Assembly: GCA_044377775.1 (NCBI GenBank)
Contig: JBILYL010000003.1
Location: 1 to 33,312, forward strand
Source of the DNA: Bacteroidia bacterium
GTDB taxonomy: Bacteria > Bacteroidota > Bacteroidia > 2-12-FULL-35-15
Direction: 5' to 3'
DNA length: 33,312 nucleotides
Program-made: the position numbers and the translations under genes
Notes under the pieces: generated by a model
What the model saw: the letters and a program-made list of their open reading frames with translations, nothing else
What the model was told of the DNA's origin: nothing
Database searches by the model: none
In this document: positions 1 through 8,400 of the stretch, piece by piece
Layout: each line of letters starts with the position of its first letter
Position numbering within the stretch: the first letter of the stretch is position 1

Positions 1-2
1 CC

Positions 3-536
3 ATTATTAATTCTAATAAAGTTGACATATCATGGGCGACTGCCTCTGAACTAAACAATGATTATTTCAGTATTGAACGAAGCAAAGACGGAATTGTATT
101 TGAAGAACTTTTTAAATTAGATGGTGCAGGAAATAGCACTTCAATTATTAATTATTTTGAAGTTGATTATCATCCAATTTTAGGTGTTTCTTATTATAGA
201 TTAAAACAAACAGATTTTAACGGAGCAACATCATATTCAAGTCTTGTTCCTGTTAGATACCAGCCAAATGGAAACTTTGGATTCTCTTTATTTCCAAATC
301 CAGGAGAAGCAAAAGATATAAAAATTGAGTTGAGTGCTGTAAAAGGACAAAACATTTTAGTGGTAGTGAGAGATATTGCTGGAAGAGAATTTTACTCTAA
401 AGTTTTTATTACAGAAACAGATGGAAATAAAACTGAAGCGATTGAAATAGAAAACACTCTTGCTCCAGGAATCTATATGGTAACTGCTTCTAGTAAAGAT
501 GCTTCCTTCAGCAAAAAACTGGTTATTATGAAGTAA
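3..536 (+). CDS. T9SS type A sorting (CTD) domain-containing secreted protein, 5'-truncated by the window edge
   Basis: The frame is open from position 3 and is in frame with the 330..536 ORF. It reads ...VDISWATASELNNDYFSIERSKDG...GAGNSTS...YYRLKQTDFNG (Ig-like module common in T9SS cargo), then LFPNP...DIAGR...PGIYMV...KKLVIMK, a typical type A CTD. Confidence 0.9.
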   Translation: MINSNKVDISWATASELNNDYFSIERSKDGIVFEELFKLDGAGNSTSIINYFEVDYHPILGVSYYRLKQTDFNGATSYSSLVPVRYQPNGNFGFSLFPNPGEAKDIKIELSAVKGQNILVVVRDIAGREFYSKVFITETDGNKTEAIEIENTLAPGIYMVTASSKDASFSKKLVIMK

Positions 537-539
537 AAA

Positions 540-1559
540 CTATCCGTTTGCCTTCAAAACCATATTCTTCAAGGCCTTGATCCAGATAGGCGAATCATTG
601 AGGCTCTCTACCAAGGTTACTTTGTTTCCACCGTTGTGTTTAAATATTTCATCATACTCGGTACCGATCTCATAGATCGTTTCCAAACAATCTGCAACAA
701 ATGCTGGAGAAAAGATTAGAATATTTTTCATTCCCTCTTTTGCTTTAGCTTCAACTACTCTATCACTATAAGGCTTGATCCATTTATCATCTAAACGCGA
801 TTGAAAAGTAGTTTCGAATTTTCCTTGAGGAATATTTAACCTTTTCACCAATTGACGAGTTGTTTCAAAACAATTGGCACGATAACAATATTGATTTTTT
901 TCAGTTATGCTATCGCAACAGCTTCCTAATTTACATGAGTTAGCGCCATAATGTGCCGAACCTTTCATAATATGCCGTTCGGGCAAACCGTGGTAACTAA
1001 AAACAAAATAATCATAGGCATTTAAATCATATTTTTGCGCACGATCAACACACGCATCAATAAAATCGGGATTGTCATAAAACTTAGAGATTACTTCAAT
1101 GGAGGGAGTTACTTCCCAATTTTGCATCAGCCGGATGGCTTCGGCAACAGAAGAACCAGTACTGGAAGATGCATATTGCGGATAGAGTGGAATCATTATG
1201 ATCTTCTCCACCTGAGCGGCTTTCAATGCATTTAAGGCCAATTCTAAACTTGGATTCTGATAACGCATACCCAATGCAACAACAAAATTTTCTCCCAATT
1301 CTTTTTGCAAAAGATCTTTCATCTTCATGCTGTTTATCAGCAGAGGAGAACCATCTTTTGTCCAGATCTGCTGGTATAATTTTGCAGATTTAGAAGAACG
1401 AAAGGGAACGATGATCCCGTTCACTAAAATAAAACGACCAATCGGATTGATATCTATCACGCGCGGGTCGTTCAAAAATTGTGTTAAATAAGTTCTGACA
1501 TCTGAGGTCTTCGGACTATCAGGTGTACCCAAATTTATTAATAGTATTCCTGTTTTCAT
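540..1559 (-). CDS. hemH: Ferrochelatase (protoheme ferro-lyase) with a Cys-rich insert
   Basis: Motifs LINLGTPDSP, GSPL, LGMRYQNPS, PLYPQYASSSTGS, FSYHGLP, FQSR, W.KPY and PAFVADCLETIYEI. Confidence 0.97.
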   Translation of the reverse strand: MKTGILLINLGTPDSPKTSDVRTYLTQFLNDPRVIDINPIGRFILVNGIIVPFRSSKSAKLYQQIWTKDGSPLLINSMKMKDLLQKELGENFVVALGMRYQNPSLELALNALKAAQVEKIIMIPLYPQYASSSTGSSVAEAIRLMQNWEVTPSIEVISKFYDNPDFIDACVDRAQKYDLNAYDYFVFSYHGLPERHIMKGSAHYGANSCKLGSCCDSITEKNQYCYRANCFETTRQLVKRLNIPQGKFETTFQSRLDDKWIKPYSDRVVEAKAKEGMKNILIFSPAFVADCLETIYEIGTEYDEIFKHNGGNKVTLVESLNDSPIWIKALKNMVLKANG

Positions 1560-1568
1560 GGTACAGTA

Positions 1569-2972
1569 TTAAATATGCAAAGCACGTTTAGCAGTCGCAT
1601 CCAAACAAGCTTCTTTCAAAGATTCTGTGTATGTTGGATGCGCATGACTCATACGAGAAATATCTTCTGCGCTCGCACGGAATTCCATGGCAACAACAGC
1701 TTCTGCAATCATATCAGCAACACGAGGCCCGATCATATGTACGCCTAAAATTTCATCCGTTGTTTCGTCCGCCAAAACTTTTACAAAACCATCGGTATCC
1801 ATAGAAGCACGTGCACGACCACTTGCTTTAAAAGGAAAACTTCCTACTTTGTATTTTTTCCCCTGCTCCTTCAATTGTTCTTCAGTGAATCCAACAGCAG
1901 CAACTTCCGGCCAGGTATATACAACTCCGGGAATCAAATTATAATTGATATGCGGTTTTTGTCCTGCCATAATTTCGGCAACAAAAGTACCTTCTTCTTC
2001 CGCTTTATGAGCTAACATGGCTCCTTTAACAACATCACCTATCGCATAAATACCGGTTACATTCGTTTGCAGATGCGCATCAGTTTCTATTCTTCCTCTG
2101 TCATCCATTTTAACTCCGGCTTTATCTAAACCAAGATTATCAGTATATGGTTTACGTCCAACAGAAACGAGACAATAGTCTCCTTTCAATTCCAGTTTTT
2201 CACCCTTTGCATTATCAGCAGAAACAATTACTTCTTTCCCTTTTGCAACAACACCGGTTACCTTATGATTAAAATAAAATTCAAATCCGATTTTTTTCAA
2301 ACTCTTTTGAAGCTCTCTACCTAATGCGCCATCCATAGCGCTGATGATACCACCTGTAAATTCTACAACAGAAACCTTTGCACCCAAACGGGCATAAACA
2401 GAACCTAATTCCAATCCGATTACACCGCCACCGATGATCACCATATGCTTAGGCACTTCGGTCATTTCCAACGCTTCAGTTGAAGTGATAACACGTTTTT
2501 TATCAATCTCAATTCCTTTTAAAGAAGCTGGTTTTGAACCTGTAGCGATAATTGTTTTGGCTGCTTCAACTTGTGTTTTATTACCATCAGCGGAAGCGAT
2601 TTCAATTGTATTTTTATTAATAAAAGACCCATGACCTGTAAAAACAGTGATCTTATTCTTCTTCATTAAAAAATTAATGCCATCGCATGTTTGCTTTACA
2701 ACCTCACCTTTACGTTTGATCATTTGAGCGAGATTTACTTTCACATCTTTCACATCAATACCATGCTCAGCAAAAGTATGTGTAGCATTATGAAAATGTT
2801 CAGAAGAATCCAACAAAGCCTTAGAAGGAATACATCCCACATTCAAACACGTTCCGCCAAGTGTGGAATAACGTTCTATAATTGCAGTTTTCATCCCTAA
2901 CTGAGCACAACGGATTGCCGCAACATACCCACCGGGCCCTGAACCAATAATTACAACATCAAATTTTTCCAT
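1569..2972 (-). CDS. lpdA: Dihydrolipoamide dehydrogenase (E3)
   Basis: GSGPGGY FAD motif, GGTCLNVGCIPSK redox disulfide, GGGVIGLE NAD motif and HAHPTYTE. The start is moved to the ATG at 2972 (MEKFDVVIIG) because the 3020 start lies inside a promoter element. Confidence 0.97.
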   Translation of the reverse strand: MEKFDVVIIGSGPGGYVAAIRCAQLGMKTAIIERYSTLGGTCLNVGCIPSKALLDSSEHFHNATHTFAEHGIDVKDVKVNLAQMIKRKGEVVKQTCDGINFLMKKNKITVFTGHGSFINKNTIEIASADGNKTQVEAAKTIIATGSKPASLKGIEIDKKRVITSTEALEMTEVPKHMVIIGGGVIGLELGSVYARLGAKVSVVEFTGGIISAMDGALGRELQKSLKKIGFEFYFNHKVTGVVAKGKEVIVSADNAKGEKLELKGDYCLVSVGRKPYTDNLGLDKAGVKMDDRGRIETDAHLQTNVTGIYAIGDVVKGAMLAHKAEEEGTFVAEIMAGQKPHINYNLIPGVVYTWPEVAAVGFTEEQLKEQGKKYKVGSFPFKASGRARASMDTDGFVKVLADETTDEILGVHMIGPRVADMIAEAVVAMEFRASAEDISRMSHAHPTYTESLKEACLDATAKRALHI

Positions 2973-3017
2973 AATCAATAAAATTAAATAAATATTAATC
3001 CCCAAAATGAGGATGCA

Positions 3018-3025
3018 CAAAATTA
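3018..3025 (-). promoter_or_regulatory. Bacteroidota housekeeping-sigma -7 element (TAATTTTG) for lpdA-hemH
   Basis: Exact TAnnTTTG match on the minus strand about 45 nt upstream of the lpdA ATG. Its TAA is also the lnt stop codon. Confidence 0.6.
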
Positions 3026-4618
3026 CGATTTTTTAATAATCTTAAAGCGAATTAACCAAGAATAAATAATCAGCAGAAATGCTGTATACATTGCAATACA
3101 ACCAATATAATCACCAAATCGGGTATAAAAAGTAAGTTCATTTTTTAAAGTTACGCGGCCGGAAATGGCAGCAGGTAGCCAGTAGTCTGTTGCTTGCAAA
3201 ATTTCTCCGGACGGGTCGATAAAACAAGAAATGCCGGTATTGGCAGAACGGGCGATCCACCTGCGGTTTTCAATCGCACGGAGACGACCCAACTTTAAAT
3301 GTTGAATATGTCCGGGTGTATTCCCCCACCAGCCATCGTTTGTAATGATGGAGATGAAGGTTGCTCCTTTTTTTACATAATCCGTAACAAATTCGCCATA
3401 CACACTTTCATAGCAAATTACGGGAGCAATAGTTGCAGAATTATCAGAAGAGTTAAAAACAGTTCTGTAAGTCTGAGAACCTAAACTACCGGTTGTTCCA
3501 CCCATCTCCAGGGCAAACTCTTCAAAATATTTAAAAATAAACTGCAAGGGCATTTGTTCCACTCCTGGAACTAATTTGGACTTGTGATACTTTTGAATTT
3601 GTTGGCGACTATCTAATTGGAAGGCCGTATTAAAAACATCATAATAACCCTCTCCATGAGAAAACTTCCTGGCAGTAGGAGAGACTTCTTCACTTTGGCT
3701 GTATGCTTTTGCCGTTGCCGCACCAATGATCACTTTTAATTTAGGGAAAGCAATAATAAATTTCTTGATCGTATTTAACGATTTTGATTTTTCCAATTCA
3801 TCCTCCCAAATATCCTCGATAAGTGCCGTTTCCGGGAAGATGACATAATCGGTTGTAGAGTCAACTTTCAGAGAAGCTAAGTCCAGCATTTTTTGAAGCT
3901 GCTGTTCATAAGAGCCAGTAAATTTTTCGTTATAAGGATCGATATTGGGTTGAACAATTACAACATTTTGTTGTCCGATCCCTTTTTCATATTTATCCTT
4001 TGGATATAAAATAAAAAGGGAAAATAGGATTGGCAATAAAATGAGAGAAGCGATCGCAATGAATTTGTTTTTTGTCCTTTCACCAATTATCAAAGAAAAA
4101 AGCAAACAATTCATGGTGAGTACCCATAAACTGCCGCCCAATATCCCTGTGTATTCATACCATTGGATCAAGGTGGTACTATCCGCGAAAGCGTTACCAA
4201 TAGAAAGCCAGGTCCAGGTGATCTGATCACCATGATACAGAAATTCAAATGTGATCCACAAAGAGATAAAGATCAGATAGCCCCACTTTTGGCCGATTCG
4301 TTTTTTTACTTTATGAAAAAATAAAAAAATAAGTGCCATAAATAGAGAATTCAAAACGATGGCCATAACGGCTCCTCCCCAAGAAGCATTTTTTAACCAC
4401 CATGTAGTTAATATATTCCATGTAAAAAAAGATAGGTATGCAGTAAAGAAAACGATGCGGGATTTAAATTTATCCGGGTTAGAAAACACAGTGTGTTCTA
4501 TCAACAACAAAGGAATGAATGCAAAAAACAAAAGAGCGATCCAGCCATGAGGAAACCATGCGAATGCTAAAAGCAGTCCGGATAGAATTGACAATAGATA
4601 TAGTTGGTATTTTTTCAA
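3023..4618 (-). CDS. lnt: Apolipoprotein N-acyltransferase
   Basis: Multi-TM N-terminus, then VQPNI and the nitrilase triad FPETAL / YHKSKLVP / ICYES, followed by ITNDGWWG, RAIENRR and RSANTGIS. TTG start. Confidence 0.96.
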   Translation of the reverse strand: MKKYQLYLLSILSGLLLAFAWFPHGWIALLFFAFIPLLLIEHTVFSNPDKFKSRIVFFTAYLSFFTWNILTTWWLKNASWGGAVMAIVLNSLFMALIFLFFHKVKKRIGQKWGYLIFISLWITFEFLYHGDQITWTWLSIGNAFADSTTLIQWYEYTGILGGSLWVLTMNCLLFSLIIGERTKNKFIAIASLILLPILFSLFILYPKDKYEKGIGQQNVVIVQPNIDPYNEKFTGSYEQQLQKMLDLASLKVDSTTDYVIFPETALIEDIWEDELEKSKSLNTIKKFIIAFPKLKVIIGAATAKAYSQSEEVSPTARKFSHGEGYYDVFNTAFQLDSRQQIQKYHKSKLVPGVEQMPLQFIFKYFEEFALEMGGTTGSLGSQTYRTVFNSSDNSATIAPVICYESVYGEFVTDYVKKGATFISIITNDGWWGNTPGHIQHLKLGRLRAIENRRWIARSANTGISCFIDPSGEILQATDYWLPAAISGRVTLKNELTFYTRFGDYIGCIAMYTAFLLIIYSWLIRFKIIKKS

Positions 4619-4634
4619 TCAAAAAGTTTGTTGG

Positions 4635-4642
4635 CAAAGATA
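4635..4642 (-). promoter_or_regulatory. -7 promoter element (TATCTTTG) for lnt
   Basis: Exact TAnnTTTG followed by CC, 16 nt upstream of the lnt TTG. Confidence 0.65.
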
Positions 4643-4648
4643 ACAAAA

Positions 4649-5275
4649 TCAATGGTAGAATGATTGCACGATACATTTAGGTATATTCCACTTACCGGCC
4701 CACTCTATCTTTGAAATGAGCGAGCCATTACAATCAACAAAATTACCATTCTGATCTTTTTTAATAATGGTCAGTTTACCGGAAGCAAGCGCATCCAATA
4801 TTTTATTGATGAGTTGATCCTTTGAGATATTTTCATGTTTTTCAACAAGGGAAACACCTAATTCATTATTTTTCAGATCCATTACAGAGCTAACCGAATC
4901 GGGCAGAACAGCATCTTCCAGCCGATGTTTTTTGAACTCCAGATAATTCGCTTCTTCGTGTGCATTTCCCAATTTCAATGCTTGCTTTCTGCCAATTTCC
5001 AATGCCAGCGAAGCCATCCAGAAACTGTGCTTAAATGCATCAAGGGAACCTCCGTTAATATCTGAGCCGATGCTTCCGGAGCGCTTGAGGGAATCAACAA
5101 TCTGCTGAACGGCAAGAGTAATTCCCTGAGCTTTTTTGGCTTTAAAAGGATGTAGCATCACCCATTTTTTTTCTGGAGGAGAAAGGGCTTTAAAAGAAGA
5201 TTGTGAAAACGCGTTTTCAGAAAAAATAACAATAAAAAGCAGAAATATAAGAGCTTGAATTTTTTTAGCTTTCAA
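4649..5275 (-). CDS. Secreted helical protein of unknown function, DUF6973-like
   Basis: A TTG at 5275 gives the signal peptide MKAKKIQALIFLLFIVIFSENAFS|Q (alternative ATG at 5299). Conserved-looking motifs DAFKHSFWMA, LGNAHE and MDLKNNELG. Confidence 0.6.
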   Translation of the reverse strand: MKAKKIQALIFLLFIVIFSENAFSQSSFKALSPPEKKWVMLHPFKAKKAQGITLAVQQIVDSLKRSGSIGSDINGGSLDAFKHSFWMASLALEIGRKQALKLGNAHEEANYLEFKKHRLEDAVLPDSVSSVMDLKNNELGVSLVEKHENISKDQLINKILDALASGKLTIIKKDQNGNFVDCNGSLISKIEWAGKWNIPKCIVQSFYH

Positions 5276-5464
5276 AATAAAAACCGTTACTACTTGCATA
5301 TATTTTTTTACATTTAAGTAATTTAACTATCGAACTTCATACAATTGGCTAAAACAAATACTGAAAACTGGAAGACCTTATTATTATTTGAAAACAAAAA
5401 AATGATCTGGGGAAGTGAGGATGAGCGCTATTACATTTATTCCATTGAATTCAAAAAAGAAACT

Positions 5465-8400
5465 TTAGCGCATTAAAAACATTTTACCAAATCCTTTTTT
5501 GAAATATTGATCCGCTCCGCTTTCGCGTTTTTCAATATCCTCACCACGCATAGAAGAAACGACACGGTATAAATAAACACCATTGGCAAGTTGATCTCCA
5601 AATTCGTCTTTTCCATCCCAGGCATAATCAGTAATATTTCGACCGATGTGAAGCGCACCCAATTCATCATTCGTTATTTCACGTATGACCTTACCGGTAA
5701 TCGTTAAAATCTGAATTTTAAAATACGTTGGCACTTCCGAACCTGTAAGTGTAAATACAAAATGTGTTGCCGTTGAAAATGGATTTGGGTAATTCATTAC
5801 TTCTGTTATCGTAGACCGGTTTATTACCTCGAAATTAATTTTATAATCAATTGCTCCCGATTGATTATCCGACTTATCTTTCGCCTGAACGATCAGTTGA
5901 TATTTTCCATCTTCCGTTAAGGTCGGTGTAAGGTTTATTTTACAACTATTATTTGGCAATACAGCAGGAACAAAAGACATCAGAGAACCAAAATAAATTC
6001 TTTGGGCTACCGGTAAAGAAGGAGACTGAATAAACAATTTAAAATCATTTGTATCATTCAATGCTAAAAACTGATTCTCGTCCTTCAGCTGAATTAATAT
6101 GTTTGGTTTGGAGGATACAATATCACTGTTTAAAATATGGACTCCATCGAATGTCACATCTAAGAGCGGATTGATCTTATCAACCGAAACATTGAAAGGA
6201 ATACGAACAATATTATTAAAGTGATACTGTTCCAATTGAATTTTCGGAAGATCCAGCGTATCTGTAGGATGAATTGGATTCACTTCCACCCACAGCGCAT
6301 TTGTTCCGGGATAAGAGTTCGTATTTACATTTATAGTATCCACAATTATTTCTGCAGGAGCAAATAAATTCTTTTTTAGCTTTGAAGGCAAAGGATGATT
6401 GATACGATTGGCATCTTCTATCCAATATGTAACTAAAAGACTATCGCTGAAAGTATATTCACTGATATTCTGAATCGGCAGATGAACAATTATATTATCA
6501 CCCTCATCAACCGTATCTTTTGCATAATAGGCAAGAGCGGGATTAATAGCCGCTTCAGGAACCGGAGTATATATAACCTGCCAGCGCTCCAATTGTGGAG
6601 GAGTATTCAGCGTATCATCTCTCATATACGCAACCAAACGAATATTCGGATAAACAGAAGCATTCGCATACGTACCCAAATTTCCAATATCCAATTGTGA
6701 GGAATTAAAACTTGCAAGCGTATCTTCCGAGCCATCCGGCATGATCCCGATCAGTTGAACAAAGATACTGTCATCAGTAGAAATGCCATCAATATGATGT
6801 TGTTTCCAGGATAGTGAATCCCAGCTGAAAGCCGGACCGATAATAGGAGAAGAAATGGATCCTTCGTTCCAATTACTGATTAATGCAGTATCTAACTGTA
6901 TAAATGAATTTAATGAATCGGCAATTACTTCTGCAGCGGAACCGATTGGATCTCCTTTGGTACCAAACAGAATATATGAACGTTGGGAAGGAACAGTTCT
7001 TATCTGAGAACTCCCTAATGATTCGAAAGCGAGGTAAAGATTTTCTTCATAAGTAGGAATAGAGTGGTAATCTTGGGAATAAGCCAATACATTATAACCG
7101 TTAGGAATATCATTCATAATAAAGTTTGTAATTTTTGCTCTGTTAAGAGAATCCGTATCAAAAAAGTCACAGGCATTTTCCGGAGTTCCTATCGGAGCAT
7201 ATGTATAACTTCCAAATTGAGAAAAACCGCCACCAACGGCAATGGATTTTACACAAATATTACTAACAGGATCAAAAACAGCAATCGTAAATCCGGGAAT
7301 AGCCCAGCTGGAAACATATTCCATGCTTCCATTTATTTTATAATTCACATTGATCCAATTGATATAAGAAGATATTCCATTGTTACATTGCAAACTTTTT
7401 ATATCGTTCACAAAATCAAATTTTCTTAATGGACGGTTGAAGTTCACATATTGATAACGATCATTCTTAAACTGAAAAAAATGAGCTTGCCCCCAGCCAC
7501 GTTTATCGGGGATATATTGAAATGAGCTTTCTCTCCATTTAAAACCGCTTGTTGCACTTGTCGAATCCGGGCTAACTCGCCAGTAATAAACAAGAGTCGG
7601 ATCGAAATTAAATGACGGCTTCCAGGTGATCACACCACCAACAGAACTGATCAACGGTGAACTTTCCATAAACGGACTATCAAATGTGTCAGTCGTATCT
7701 ATTTGAAACACATAATCACGAAGAGGCGCAAACATATCGGCAGTAGATGCCTTAAGTGTAACGGTATCTTTCGGGATTATTGCAAACTCATAAGGATAAA
7801 CAGGAACGATATCTCCTCCACTGATCATAAAAGTGATATCGGTTGTCGCATTATTGGTTTCGTTTAATTCATCAACACGATTAAAATAATCTAAAGTGAT
7901 ACGTACTTTATTTAAACCGATATCTTTAGAAAAGTCCCACGGGATTTTTATTGCGATTGTATCTTTAAATTTGGGGGCGATAGAAAACGACAAATACGTT
8001 TGATTGCTACCATCGGGAAATGTTCTGTAAGCCTGAGTAAAAATACTGTCGTTACTTGCTCTCCCTAAATTTGTTCTTACAACATAAATAACAATTGAAT
8101 CGGGAGCCGGCTTCGTTAAATCAAAAAACACATCACTATTTGTAATTTTATAATCCGGTTTTTTATGCGCATTAATTACTATAGCAGGATCCGCGTGTAA
8201 GGTCATTTCATTACATGTTGCCATCAAAATCGGATCGGAGAGCGCAACTAATTCATTTAACGCAATTACATTCTTGATAGCGCTTCCAACAGATTTCCCG
8301 TAATTTGAAATAGCTGTTTGCTTATAAAATACAGATGAATACATATTTAGTGCGTAGGGAACACCGAGTCCTACAGAGGCCAAATAGCCGATCATCCCTT

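Noticed and set aside
330-536. 68-aa ORF as an independent gene
   Set aside because: The frame is open back to the window start, so it is only the CTD of a longer protein.
5345-5476. 43-codon + strand ORF (MAKTNTENWK...ETLAH) in the gap before the PorU-like stop
   Set aside because: It has a TTG start, no recognisable motif, and overlaps the neighbouring gene end. A gene remnant cannot be distinguished from chance.
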